Part shown: positions 49,723 through 59,189 of the stretch, one piece after another
How the letters are laid out: each line of letters begins with the position of its first letter
How positions within the stretch are numbered: position 1 is the first letter of the stretch
Assembly (NCBI GenBank): GCA_964551995.1
Contig: CAZKFD010000011.1
Location: forward strand, 109,036 to 173,035
DNA from: an uncultured Eubacteriales bacterium
Lineage (GTDB): Bacteria; Acidobacteriota; Aminicenantia; Aminicenantales; Saccharicenantaceae
Reading direction: 5' to 3'
Length of the DNA: 64,000 nucleotides
The notes under the pieces: generated by a model
Told to the model about the DNA's origin: nothing
The model's input: the letters and a program-made list of their open reading frames with translations, nothing else
Databases searched by the model: none
Program-made: the position numbers and the translations under genes

Positions 49723-50514
49723 CTATTTTCCGCCGCAGACGTACTCCAGGCAGCGCAGCCAGAAGGCCGCATATTCTTCCCAGAAGATCAGGTTGCAGCC
49801 CCAGTGCGGGGCGGGGTCGGACATATAGGCGAGGACGCGGCCTTGTCCGTAGCCCCGGACGGCGATGAGAGGGTCGCCGGTTTCTCGGACTCTGAGCAGG
49901 ACCCTGGCGTCCGGGATGGGAACCGTCTTGTTGTAGCCGAGGATCGGGGGCATCGTCCGGATGCTGACGCCCTTGAACAGGGATTCCCCCGCCGGCGTGA
50001 GCTCCGCGTCGAACCCCTCGGTGCTCTCGATGAGGTCTTCGAAGTCCAAGCAGCGGACCGGGAGCAGGTCCTTGAGCGCCGTCCGGCCCCATCCTCCTTT
50101 CCCTTGCTCGCCGGTGAAAGAATACCACCCGCCCAGAAAGAGAATGCCCTTTCCGTTCTTGACGGCCTCCAGGGTCAGGCGGATTCTGTCGGGGAAAGTC
50201 AGGACCCGGCTGCCGAATTTCTCGCGGTTGAAGAAGCCCGGCGCAAGCTGAAAGAGCTTGGCGTCGATGTCGCTGAAGATCAGGACGTCCTGGTTGTCGA
50301 GGACTGTCTCATAATCGCCGGGTCCGAGCCGGTTGTAGAAATCCCAGGCGGGGATCGACAGGACCGTGTGTTTTCCCGTCGATTCCAGGGCCTCTTTCAG
50401 CCATTTCCCATAGTTGAAGATATCGAGCCCCTTGGGCGAATAATAAAAAGGCGTTTCCGCGAAAATGGGGCCCGTCAGCACGGCCCAATCCCCAACATAA
50501 TAGATCTTCGCCAT
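49723..50514 (-). CDS. Hypothetical protein with class-I glutamine-amidotransferase-like (ThuA/DJ-1-type) fold
   Basis: Start MAKIYYVGDW. VLIFSDIDAKLF and GGWYSFTG resemble the GATase1-like flavodoxin fold. Convergent with ffh, with only about 6 nt between the stops. Confidence 0.5.
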   Translation of the reverse strand: MAKIYYVGDWAVLTGPIFAETPFYYSPKGLDIFNYGKWLKEALESTGKHTVLSIPAWDFYNRLGPGDYETVLDNQDVLIFSDIDAKLFQLAPGFFNREKFGSRVLTFPDRIRLTLEAVKNGKGILFLGGWYSFTGEQGKGGWGRTALKDLLPVRCLDFEDLIESTEGFDAELTPAGESLFKGVSIRTMPPILGYNKTVPIPDARVLLRVRETGDPLIAVRGYGQGRVLAYMSDPAPHWGCNLIFWEEYAAFWLRCLEYVCGGK

Positions 50515-50627
50515 CGTCCGTATCTCCTTCCGGCCCGCGGCCGCTGGCCCTTCCGTCCCTGGGGAATAGGATACCACCCTTGGGGAGGCATCTACAAGGT
50601 GTTTCGGCCCAATCAGGCGGGAACGGT

Positions 50628-50643
50628 GTCCTCTCGAGAGGAC
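50628..50643. promoter_or_regulatory. Perfect 16-bp palindrome GTCCTCTCGAGAGGAC in the divergent promoter region upstream of rpsP
   Basis: Seen in sequence, about 17 nt upstream of the rpsP -35. Confidence 0.35.
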
Positions 50644-50659
50644 AACTCTCGAAAAGAAT

Positions 50660-50688
50660 TTGACTTACCGACAGAATTCCGTTATGCT
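50660..50688 (+). promoter_or_regulatory. Sigma70 promoter for the rpsP operon (TTGACT-N17-TATGCT)
   Basis: Near-consensus hexamers with 17-nt spacing, about 40 nt upstream of the rpsP ATG. Confidence 0.5.
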
Positions 50689-50726
50689 TCTTGAGCAATT
50701 TAGTTCAACGCGGAAGTGATACCACA

Positions 50727-50993
50727 ATGATGACCATGCGACTGATGAGATTTGGCGCCAAGAAGAAGCCCTCCTACCGAATCGTCGTGATGGATTCCAA
50801 GAAGGCCACGCAGAGCCAGGCCCTGGATACGGTGGGCACTTACAATCCCCTGAAGGAGCCCGCGGACATCAAAATCGACCTGGAGAAGGCCAAGCGCTGG
50901 CTTTCACAGGGAGTCCGGCCGTCGAGAACCGTCCAATCTCTTTTGGATAAGGTCTCCTCATCCACGAAAATATCGCAAGAACCCAACCCATAA
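50727..50993 (+). CDS. rpsP: 30S ribosomal protein S16
   Basis: [27 protein letters not shown] matches the S16 N-terminus. Start taken at the first ATG of the run. Confidence 0.9.
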   Translation: MMTMRLMRFGAKKKPSYRIVVMDSKKATQSQALDTVGTYNPLKEPADIKIDLEKAKRWLSQGVRPSRTVQSLLDKVSSSTKISQEPNP

Positions 50994-51004
50994 AGGAGGA
51001 CACG

Positions 51005-51241
51005 GTGAAAGAACTCGTGGAATTGATTGCCAAATCCTTGGTGGACAACCCGGAAAAGGTGGTCGTTTCCCAGCTTGAGGGGGAGCAAACCACGATCCTG
51101 GAGCTCAAGGTGGCCCCGGAAGATTTGGGGAAGGTCATCGGGAAACAGGGCCGTACGGCCCGCGCCATACGGATCATCCTCGGCGCCGCCGGGATGAAGC
51201 TCAAGAGGAGATTCAACCTGGAAATCATTGAAAAAGGCTGA
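51005..51241 (+). CDS. KH-domain RNA-binding protein (YlqC/UPF0109)
   Basis: 78 aa. [16 protein letters not shown] is the KH GxxG loop. In the conserved position between rpsP and rimM. Confidence 0.8.
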   Translation: MKELVELIAKSLVDNPEKVVVSQLEGEQTTILELKVAPEDLGKVIGKQGRTARAIRIILGAAGMKLKRRFNLEIIEKG

Positions 51242-51749
51242 TCTCGTCAATATCGGGAAGGTTCTCAGGAGTCAAGGCAAGGAGGGAGACCTCAAGATCA
51301 GGCTCCGCGGGAAGGAGCTGGCCGGGCTGACGTTGACGAGGATCTGCCTGGGACGGGCGGGGGGGGTCGAAGAGTATGAGGTCGAGTCGTTCCGGCTCGA
51401 TCGCAACGTGCGTTTTCTGAAACTCAAAGGTGTTGACTCGCTGGCCCGGGCCGACGCCCTGGCCGGGTGCGACATCCTGGTCTCCGAGGACAGCCTCCAG
51501 CCTGTCGAAGAGGGCCGCTTTTACGATTTCCAGGTTCTGGGGAGCCGCGTCGTGACGGTCGACGGGGCCGAGGTCGGGACCGTCCGGTCGATCCTTTCCG
51601 CGGGCGGCGCCGACGTTCTCGTCGTCGTCCGGGAGGGCAAGGAATATTATATCCCGTTCGCCGAGCCGATTTGCCGGCGGGTCGATCCGTTGACGAAAGA
51701 GATCCTCATCGACCCCCCGGACGGCCTTTTGGACTTGAATGAGATTTGA
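51228..51749 (+). CDS. rimM: 16S rRNA processing protein RimM
   Basis: Opening [18 protein letters not shown], the PRC barrel, and conserved order. Confidence 0.85.
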   Translation: MKKADLVNIGKVLRSQGKEGDLKIRLRGKELAGLTLTRICLGRAGGVEEYEVESFRLDRNVRFLKLKGVDSLARADALAGCDILVSEDSLQPVEEGRFYDFQVLGSRVVTVDGAEVGTVRSILSAGGADVLVVVREGKEYYIPFAEPICRRVDPLTKEILIDPPDGLLDLNEI

Positions 51750-52476
51750 TATAATCACAATCTTCCCTGAAATGTTCGGCGGCGTCTTTTCGGGGGGGAT
51801 CATCCGCAAGGCCCTGGAGAAGGGCTTAGTGGAGATTGCGGTGCACGACCTGAGGGACTTCACCCAGGACAAGCACCGCCAGGTTGACGACCGCCCGTAC
51901 GGAGGATGGGAAGGCATGGTGCTGAAGCCGGAGCCGATCTTCGAGGCCGTGGAAGCGGTCCGACGGGAAGAGGACTGCCGGATCTACCTGCTCTCTCCCC
52001 AGGGGACGCGCTTCAGTTCGGGTCTGGCCCAGGAGATGGCCTCGCGGCGCCAGATCATTCTCATCTGCGGCCGCTACGAAGGCGTTGACGAGCGCGTCGT
52101 CGGCCACCTGGTCGACGGAGAGCTCTCGATCGGAGACTATGTGCTGACCGGAGGCGAGCCGGCGGCGGTCGTGGTCCTGGACGCCGTCTCCAGGTTCGTC
52201 GCCGGGGTTGTGGGCAAGGAGGAGTCGGTCCGTCACGACTCTTTCGCGGAAGGAATACTGGACTTCCCCCATTATACGCGGCCTCGCGAATTCAGGGGCC
52301 TGAAGGTCCCACAGGTGCTTTTTTCGGGCGACCACAAGAAAATCGAGCGGTGGCGGCGGAAAAAAGCCCTGGAAAGAACGCTCGACCGGCGGCCGGATCT
52401 GCTGAAGGATGAGAAACTCTCTCCGGAGGACGGAGCCCTCCTGAAGGAAATTCGGAACGAAAGGAAGAACTCATGA
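51739..52476 (+). CDS. trmD: tRNA (guanine37-N1)-methyltransferase
   Basis: [25 protein letters not shown] and [10 protein letters not shown]. Confidence 0.9.
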   Translation: MRFDIITIFPEMFGGVFSGGIIRKALEKGLVEIAVHDLRDFTQDKHRQVDDRPYGGWEGMVLKPEPIFEAVEAVRREEDCRIYLLSPQGTRFSSGLAQEMASRRQIILICGRYEGVDERVVGHLVDGELSIGDYVLTGGEPAAVVVLDAVSRFVAGVVGKEESVRHDSFAEGILDFPHYTRPREFRGLKVPQVLFSGDHKKIERWRRKKALERTLDRRPDLLKDEKLSPEDGALLKEIRNERKNS

Positions 52477-52832
52477 ACGAGGTCGATTTGGTGGAAGATC
52501 GGCAGCTCAAGAAGGACATCGAACCGTTCGGCGTGGGCGATACCATCAAGGTCCACGTCGTGATCCGGGAAGGGGATAAGGAACGCGTCCAGATTTTCCG
52601 CGGCGAAGTCATCTCCCGTCGTGGCACCGGGCTCAAGGCCTCGTTCACAGTCCGGAAGATCTCCTTCGGCATCGGCGTCGAGCGGATCTTCCCGCTGCAT
52701 TCCCGGATGATCCGCAAGATCGAGGTCGTCCGGAAGGGCAAGGTCAAAAGGGCCAAGCTTTATTATCTGAGAAATCTCAAGGGCAAGGCCGCCCGCCTGA
52801 AGGAACAGCAGCAACAGCAGCCACAGTCCTGA
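52473..52832 (+). CDS. rplS: 50S ribosomal protein L19
   Basis: [29 protein letters not shown] is canonical. Confidence 0.9.
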   Translation: MNEVDLVEDRQLKKDIEPFGVGDTIKVHVVIREGDKERVQIFRGEVISRRGTGLKASFTVRKISFGIGVERIFPLHSRMIRKIEVVRKGKVKRAKLYYLRNLKGKAARLKEQQQQQPQS

Positions 52833-52843
52833 TCAGGCGGGCC

Positions 52844-53455
52844 GTGACCGGCTTCAAGATCGAAAAGGCGCTCTTCAGGGATGGCTTTAGGTCCGTCGCC
52901 GGCTGCGACGAGGTCGGCCGGGGTGCCCTTTTCGGGCCCGTCGTGGCCGCGGCCGTCGTCCTCCCCCCCGCCTGGTTTCTGCGCCGGCCCCCGGCCTGGG
53001 CCAGGCAGGTTGACGATTCCAAGCGGCTTTCTGCGACTAAAAGGATGGAGCTCGCGGCACGACTGCTGTGCGATGCCGAGTCCCTCGGAATTGGCATGGC
53101 GTCCAGCGCCGAAATCGATGAGAAAAATATCTACTGGGCGGCCCAGCTGGCCATGAAACGAGCCATCGAGAACCTGTCCGGGCCCGTCGACTGGCTCCTG
53201 GTTGACGGCTTTCCGCTGAAAGATGTACAGTATCGACAGACGGGTGTTCCCCAGGGAGACCGGAAGTGCCTGTCCATCGCCGCCGCGTCGATCGTGGCCA
53301 AAGTCTTCCGCGACGACCTGTTGGATGCCTGGGCTGGCATTTACGGAGGCTACGGCCTGGAGAGGAACAAGGGCTACGGAACCGAGGAGCACTTCCGGTG
53401 CCTGAAGGAAAAGGGCCCGACGGGACTCCACCGGATGTCCTTCAAGCTGGGATGA
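52844..53455 (+). CDS. rnhB: Ribonuclease HII
   Basis: VAGCDEVGRGALFGPVVAAAVVL and LLVDGFP match the RNase HII DEDD region. Confidence 0.9.
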   Translation: MTGFKIEKALFRDGFRSVAGCDEVGRGALFGPVVAAAVVLPPAWFLRRPPAWARQVDDSKRLSATKRMELAARLLCDAESLGIGMASSAEIDEKNIYWAAQLAMKRAIENLSGPVDWLLVDGFPLKDVQYRQTGVPQGDRKCLSIAAASIVAKVFRDDLLDAWAGIYGGYGLERNKGYGTEEHFRCLKEKGPTGLHRMSFKLG

Positions 53456-53471
53456 GAGACGGGGAGAGCCG

Positions 53472-55655
53472 ATGAGCGGCCGAATCGACAGAATCAAAAC
53501 TATCGAGCTGGCGGAGAGACACGTCAAGGCGGGGAAACTCAAGGAGGCCATCGCCGAGTACGAGCGGCTGGCCGGCAGCGATCCCCAGGACGTGGGGACC
53601 CTCAACATCATCGGCGACCTCCACATGCGCCTGGGCCAGAACGACAAGGCCGTTCTGTCCTTTATGAAAGTCGCCGAGGAGTACGAGAAGAGGGGCCTCT
53701 TCTCGCAGGCCCTGGCTATTTACCGGAAAGTGAGCAAAGTCCAGCCAGACAACGCGGACGTTTCCCTCAAGCTGGGCGACCTTTACGGCCGCCAGGGCTT
53801 TCTGTCCGACGCCAAGAATGAATACACGACTACGGCCGCGCGGTTCGTCCAGGAAAAGAAGTTCCAGGAAGCCATCCATGTCTATGAGAAAGTCTGCAGC
53901 CTGGATCGGGAGGACCTCGGCCTGAAAAAGGAACTAGCCGACCTCTACCGCGGCCAGGGCTATCTCGACGCCGCGCTGGAACAGCTCAACGAAATTGCCG
54001 GGGTCCGGGCGGGCCGGGGCGAGCTCGACGCGGCCGAGGAGATCCTGAAAGAGGCTCGAGCCATCAGCCCGGGCGATTCCAAGACCCTGGTCAACCTCAT
54101 CGAGCTCTATAAGCGGTCGAACAAAAGCCAGAAAGCCATCGAACTCATCGAGGAGAGCCTCCGGCAGACACCCGACAACGTTCAGCTCATGAACCTCCTT
54201 GGGAATTTCTACTTCGAGGCCGGGGACATGGCTAGGGCGGAAGAGATCTTCGCGGCCATCGTCACCGGGCACCCCATGAACGTCAACGCCCGGATCAAGC
54301 TCGGCCGGATCCAGATCCTCAAGGACAAGCTCGACCAGGCCTACGAGCTGTTCGAGCCCCTCATCGGCAACCTCATCAAGAAGCACAAGGACGAAAAAGC
54401 CATCGGGCTCCTTGGCCTGATCCTGGAGAGCCAGAAGCCCCACCTCCCGGCGCTCGAGCGCCTGGCCTCCATCTATCGGGTCAACAAAGAGACCAAGAAG
54501 CTCGAGGTCGTGGCCCGCGCGATCGCCGACGAGCTCCGGCGCGGCGGTCCGGCCGAGAAGCTCCTCCCGGTGTTGACCGAGCTCCATCAGCTGCGCCCCG
54601 ACGACGTCGAGCTCGGCCGGGAATTCCAGAAGCTCCGGAAGGAGATGGGGTTGCCCGACGAGGCGGCCGCGGAGGAATTTCCCGAAGTATCCGGCAAGGA
54701 GCGGGAGGCCATCCAGGAGGTTATCGACCAGGCCGATCTCTACATGCAGCAGGGCCTTGTCCGGAACGCGCGGCGGATCCTCGAAAACCTGACCCTCCGT
54801 TATCCCGACGACCAGCAGATCTTGAAGAAGATCGCTGTGCTCGACGAGATCCGGACGCACATCGACGAGGACGAGCTGCGGCGCCGGGTCGAAAAAGCCA
54901 GCGCGCTCGAGTCAAGGATCAGGGCCCGGAATCAGCGCGAGGACAGACAAGAGGACAAGCCCGAGACCAAGCCCGAGACGGAGGCCGAAGCCAAAGCCGC
55001 CCCGGACAAAAAAGTGACAGGCCCGTTTCCCGGCGATATCGCGGAAGGGGAGAAGGTCAGCACGGCCGATATTTTCGCCGAGACCGATATCGTCCCCTTC
55101 GGCGGGCTTGCGGACGGCGAGAGGAAATACTACGACCTCAAGGACCGGGCCGCGGAAGAGCTCCGCATGCTGAAGGCGGCCTTCGGCCAGCAGGTCCAGG
55201 GAGCGATGACTCAGGAGGAGCGGGAGCTGTCGAACATCGTGGCGGACTTCAGGCAGGACCTCAAGGCCAAGGTTACCGGGGACAACAACGAGATGCACTA
55301 CCACCTGGGCATCGCCTTCATGGAGCAGAGCCTGTATGCCGAGGCCATCGAAGAGTACTCGGAGGCGGCCAGGGACAAGGGGCTGGCCCTCGAGTGCTTC
55401 AGCCTCATCAGCTATTGCCACAAGCAGAAGCAGCGCTACCAGGACGCCGAGAAGTGGATCAAGAAAGCCATTTTGTTGGCCCGGGAGGGCACCGACCAGT
55501 ATTATGCCCTGGAGTTCGAGCTGGCGGAGATCTTCGAGCAGGCCTCCAACCGGGCGAACGCCCTTTCGCTGTTCCGGGAGATCCGGGACTGGAACCCCGA
55601 TTTCCGCAACATCTCCGTGAAAGTCCGCAGCCTCGAAGCCGGCACCGACGACTGA
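53472..55655 (+). CDS. Large TPR-repeat protein
   Basis: 727 aa of repeated 34-residue helical pairs (AIAEYERLAGSDPQD, ALAIYRKVSKVQPDN, AIHVYEKVCSLDRED). Confidence 0.65.
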   Translation: MSGRIDRIKTIELAERHVKAGKLKEAIAEYERLAGSDPQDVGTLNIIGDLHMRLGQNDKAVLSFMKVAEEYEKRGLFSQALAIYRKVSKVQPDNADVSLKLGDLYGRQGFLSDAKNEYTTTAARFVQEKKFQEAIHVYEKVCSLDREDLGLKKELADLYRGQGYLDAALEQLNEIAGVRAGRGELDAAEEILKEARAISPGDSKTLVNLIELYKRSNKSQKAIELIEESLRQTPDNVQLMNLLGNFYFEAGDMARAEEIFAAIVTGHPMNVNARIKLGRIQILKDKLDQAYELFEPLIGNLIKKHKDEKAIGLLGLILESQKPHLPALERLASIYRVNKETKKLEVVARAIADELRRGGPAEKLLPVLTELHQLRPDDVELGREFQKLRKEMGLPDEAAAEEFPEVSGKEREAIQEVIDQADLYMQQGLVRNARRILENLTLRYPDDQQILKKIAVLDEIRTHIDEDELRRRVEKASALESRIRARNQREDRQEDKPETKPETEAEAKAAPDKKVTGPFPGDIAEGEKVSTADIFAETDIVPFGGLADGERKYYDLKDRAAEELRMLKAAFGQQVQGAMTQEERELSNIVADFRQDLKAKVTGDNNEMHYHLGIAFMEQSLYAEAIEEYSEAARDKGLALECFSLISYCHKQKQRYQDAEKWIKKAILLAREGTDQYYALEFELAEIFEQASNRANALSLFREIRDWNPDFRNISVKVRSLEAGTDD

Positions 55656-55713
55656 GCAAGACAGAACTCCTGTTCTGCCTTATGATCGCCCTCCTTTGAG
55701 CCCCGGCAACAGA

Positions 55714-55760
55714 AAAAGAAAATAAAAAAGGGACGGCTCCCGCATCGGAGCCGCCCCTTT
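55714..55760. terminator. Bidirectional rho-independent terminator between convergent genes
   Basis: An A-run AAAAAGAAAATAAAAAAG, then the hairpin CGGCTCC-cgcatc-GGAGCCG, then a TTTT-run. Confidence 0.6.
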
Positions 55761-55775
55761 TCACTCGTGAGAGAT

Positions 55776-56528
55776 CTAATCGACGATCTTGCCCGAGAGG
55801 ATGAGGATCAATCCCTCCCCGCCGCCATCGAGCTTGGAGACGCCGACAACGGTCTTGTCTCCGGACTTGATGTTGAGCGTCGTCTCGATCAGATCGGTCG
55901 TGATGTATTCGACTTTGGCAGAAGTCGCGTTCGGCGGCACGTCGGCGAGGCGGACCAGCCTGAGCCGGACCGCGGTCTGGACGAGGGACGTATTCTCGTC
56001 CTTTATCACTTTGGGCCTGAGCTCGAGCTCGAAATCAGCCTTTTCGCCCAACCGGACTTCCGAGTTTTCCTCATCCATGGCCCGGATGAGAGAAGTGTCG
56101 AGGAGCGAGTAGGTCTTATACTTGAGCAGATTTCGGAGTTCCCTGATGATGGGGTCGTTCGTCATGTCCTCGGCGTTCTTCTCTCCGGAGACCGAGCCCA
56201 GGACCAGTTGGACCGTGAACAGGATGTCGGCCGGCTTGACGTCGATCTGCCGGATCGCCTGAACAGCCCTGTCGACGTTTTCAGGATAGTCGCTGATGAC
56301 GACGACATTGTCCGTCGGCCCGCCCGTCGTCCGGCCGTCGCGGCTGAGGTAGGTCCTGATGAAGTCAAAAAGGCGGCTCCCCGTCCTCAGGTACTTGAGG
56401 CGGACAAGCTCATTCTTGAGCTCGGGTTTCGGGCTCGCTTTCTCTTGGGGTGTGCCCGCGGCGAAGACCGGCGCGGCGGCCGCCAGCGCGAACGCCAATA
56501 CGACAAGCACGATCATTCCTTTTTTCAT
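55776..56528 (-). CDS. Hypothetical exported protein, third gene of the ECF sigma/anti-sigma operon
   Basis: Signal peptide MKKGMIVLVVLAFALAAAAPVFAA. RBS aaggag. ATGA overlap with the anti-sigma stop. Confidence 0.5.
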   Translation of the reverse strand: MKKGMIVLVVLAFALAAAAPVFAAGTPQEKASPKPELKNELVRLKYLRTGSRLFDFIRTYLSRDGRTTGGPTDNVVVISDYPENVDRAVQAIRQIDVKPADILFTVQLVLGSVSGEKNAEDMTNDPIIRELRNLLKYKTYSLLDTSLIRAMDEENSEVRLGEKADFELELRPKVIKDENTSLVQTAVRLRLVRLADVPPNATSAKVEYITTDLIETTLNIKSGDKTVVGVSKLDGGGEGLILILSGKIVD

Positions 56529-57172
56529 TTTCCGTCTCCTTTCCATTCGAAATTCTTGTCGAAGAACCAGACGACCTGAAGTCCGGTCTCCCGCGAGACC
56601 ATATGGACTGAGAGAACGTCCTGACTGACGCTGCTTTTGGGTTTGGCCGGATGCGGGGGCGCCGCTTTGCCGCCGCTCTTGGCGAAATATTCCGGCTGGA
56701 TGAGCGGCACCGTCCTTGTCTCTTGTCTTGCCGGCGGGCTGATCTTCGGCTTTTCCGGGGCCGTTTTCGCCGTCTCACTCCGTATGACCTCCGGCCCGGA
56801 CAGGGCGGGGCCCTCCTTGGATTTGAAGATGGAGCTCCTGAAGAGGATTGCCGACGCGACGAGAATCGCGACTGCGGCGACGGCCGTAGCCGACGCCCAG
56901 CGCAGCCGCACGCCCCAAGCGGCCCGCGCCTTTCCGCCTTTTTCCGCGGCGATCCTGCCCATGAGGGCCTTCCAATCCGCTTCGGCCCAATCGGCCATGC
57001 CCTCCTCCCGGGCAGCGGCCTTGACGCGGGCGAGCGCGCTCCGGTATTCCTCGAGCTCCCGGCGGCAGAGAGGACAGGCGTTGATGTGGGCGAGGGTCTT
57101 CCGTTCCAGCCGTGCCTGCAGGTCGCCGCCCGCTAGCAGAGGCAGGTTTCGCTTCACTTGCGCGCAGGTCAT
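56525..57172 (-). CDS. Anti-sigma factor (zf-HC2 N-terminus, single TM)
   Basis: Start MTCAQVKRNLPLLAGGDL. The HxxxCxxC-type motif HINACPLCRRELEEY. TM WASATAVAAVAILVASAIL. ATGA overlap with the sigma gene stop. Confidence 0.7.
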   Translation of the reverse strand: MTCAQVKRNLPLLAGGDLQARLERKTLAHINACPLCRRELEEYRSALARVKAAAREEGMADWAEADWKALMGRIAAEKGGKARAAWGVRLRWASATAVAAVAILVASAILFRSSIFKSKEGPALSGPEVIRSETAKTAPEKPKISPPARQETRTVPLIQPEYFAKSGGKAAPPHPAKPKSSVSQDVLSVHMVSRETGLQVVWFFDKNFEWKGDGK

Positions 57173-57735
57173 CGTCCCTCCTCCAGATGGGGAAACTTCT
57201 CCCGGATGGCGTCCCGGATCTTGCGCCGGGCCGATGAGAGATGGACGCGCACCGAGACGCTCGAACAGCCGAGGGCCAGGGCCGTTTCCCTGATGTCGAG
57301 CTCCTCGAGGTCCCTGAGGATGAAGACTTCCCGCTCCCGGGGAGCCAGGACCGAGAGGCACTTTTCGAGGTCGGACCGGAATTCTTTGGCGCGCCGGCCC
57401 GATTCGGGGTCTTCCTGCGGCCAAGGCTTGCGGGCGGCCTCGACGGCGGTGTCGGCCTCTTTCCGGCGCCGTCTGAGGCGGTCGCGGGCCTGGTTCGCGG
57501 CGATCTGGAAGAGCCAGTTCCGGAAGCTCCTCGACGTGTCGTACCGGCCGAGATGCTTGAAGGCCCGAAGAAGGGCTTCTTGCGCGACTTCCCTCGCGTC
57601 CTCTCGGTTCCCGGTCAGCCGGAGGGCCAGGGACAGGATGGACTCCCGGTAGGGCGTTACCAGAGGCTCGAAGGCCTCGTTGCGGCCGGAAAGAACCATC
57701 GCCACGAGCTCCTTCTCGGTTTCATTCATCCGCAT
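57169..57735 (-). CDS. ECF-subfamily RNA polymerase sigma factor
   Basis: Region 2 AQEALLRAFKHLGRYD...FRNWLFQIAAN and region 4 LSVLAPREREVFILRDLEELDIRETALALGCS. Confidence 0.85.
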   Translation of the reverse strand: MRMNETEKELVAMVLSGRNEAFEPLVTPYRESILSLALRLTGNREDAREVAQEALLRAFKHLGRYDTSRSFRNWLFQIAANQARDRLRRRRKEADTAVEAARKPWPQEDPESGRRAKEFRSDLEKCLSVLAPREREVFILRDLEELDIRETALALGCSSVSVRVHLSSARRKIRDAIREKFPHLEEGR

Positions 57736-57951
57736 GGTTCTACCGCCGCCCGCGGCAAAATGTTAAGTCTTTGCCCAGCCGGGGTCAAAGGCCGGACGAG
57801 CAATCCGGGCGCGGCGCAAGCGGGGTTCGTGCGCTTCTTGGAGACCTGAGGCGCCTCAAATGAGATATCATAGTGAAGGAAGAACCGTGGCATATTCCAT
57901 TCTGCCGGGCGGAAAGAAATTCTTGATGTGGATCCGGGATCGCGCCTGCGC

Positions 57952-58833
57952 TCAGAGGGCGCTCCGGACGAGCGGCCGAGTCAGGCAGGTCGGCCCGCCG
58001 GCGCCCTTGTTCGAGATCTCCCGGCCTTCGTAGGTCCGGACCTCGATCCCGGCTCTCTCCAGGATGCCGCGCGTCCGGGGGTTGCCTTCGAGGGCGAGGC
58101 ATGTCCCCGGCGCCACGGCCAGGACGTTACAGGCCATCGTCGGGTATTCCTCCTCCGGGACCTCGAGAAGCTCGTACCCGCGTTCGAGGAGGAGTTTGCG
58201 GAAGGGCACGGGCAGAAGTCTTGAATAGACGAGAAGCCGGCCTTCGTCGACGGGGCTCAGCATCGACATGAGATGGAGGACGTCGCCGGGGCCCTCCCAG
58301 TGCGGGAGTGGGACCTCGACGACTTCGCGGACGAACCCGGCGACGAGCTCCCGGAGCTGCCGGATCCCCTCGGCATTCGTCCGGTAGCCGTGGCCGACGG
58401 CGAGGGTTTTCCGGTCGAGCCAGATGACGTCGCCGCCTTCGAGCGTTCCCGGCTCGCGGACCGCGCCGAGGACCGGCAGGCCCACCTTCGCCGCGAAGTC
58501 CCGGACGGCCTCGGGCTCGCCGCGGCGGAGCTCCTTGCCCATCCGGCAGAGGACGAGCCCGCGGTCCGTGACGGCGGCCGCGTCCCGGACGTAGATCGAA
58601 TCGAGCCCGGTCCGGGGGTCCACGGGCAGGAAGTGGATTTCCGGGATCGATGTCCTCAGGATGTCCACGAAGCGGTCGTATTCATCGACCGCCCGGGCGA
58701 AGTCCGGCTCGCCCGCATAGCCCAGGTCCCGCCACTCCCCCCGGACATTCACCTGATTCCGCCAGGCCTCCCGCGGACGCTTGAGGAGGATCGACCGCGC
58801 CGGGAGGACTTCGGAATGGCCGTGCGCCGTCAT
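57952..58833 (-). CDS. Amidinotransferase-superfamily enzyme (dimethylarginine dimethylaminohydrolase-like)
   Basis: 293 aa. Motif-level resemblance to DDAH/arginine deiminase-fold enzymes, including the C-terminal catalytic-Cys region GGPTCLTRPL. Confidence 0.6.
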   Translation of the reverse strand: MTAHGHSEVLPARSILLKRPREAWRNQVNVRGEWRDLGYAGEPDFARAVDEYDRFVDILRTSIPEIHFLPVDPRTGLDSIYVRDAAAVTDRGLVLCRMGKELRRGEPEAVRDFAAKVGLPVLGAVREPGTLEGGDVIWLDRKTLAVGHGYRTNAEGIRQLRELVAGFVREVVEVPLPHWEGPGDVLHLMSMLSPVDEGRLLVYSRLLPVPFRKLLLERGYELLEVPEEEYPTMACNVLAVAPGTCLALEGNPRTRGILERAGIEVRTYEGREISNKGAGGPTCLTRPLVRSAL

Positions 58834-59189
58834 GGGCCAGCTGAAGCTCTTTCCGGGATTTCGATGAACATGCGTTCCGTCCTCGGCGTCAAAGGTATTT
58901 CCCCGTCCGGCTTGGATGTCATTATGGGGGCAGGCGCGGCGGCTGTCAACGGCGCCTCGAGGTTTCAGGCATTTCCTTCGCGCCTCCCGGGCTCCGAAGA
59001 TCGGCGAATTGACCTTCGGCGGGGGCTTGTGATATAAGCCTCTTTGGCCTTTGAAATCCAGTCTTCCATGAAGACGACGACCGCAGGCGCCCTCGGCGAA
59101 TCCCCCCTCCCCGGATTATTCGCTTCTGCGCGCGCTTTCTTTCGTCCCGGAAACGATCTCCATAATTCTGATGGATAAGGATGGTGAGC

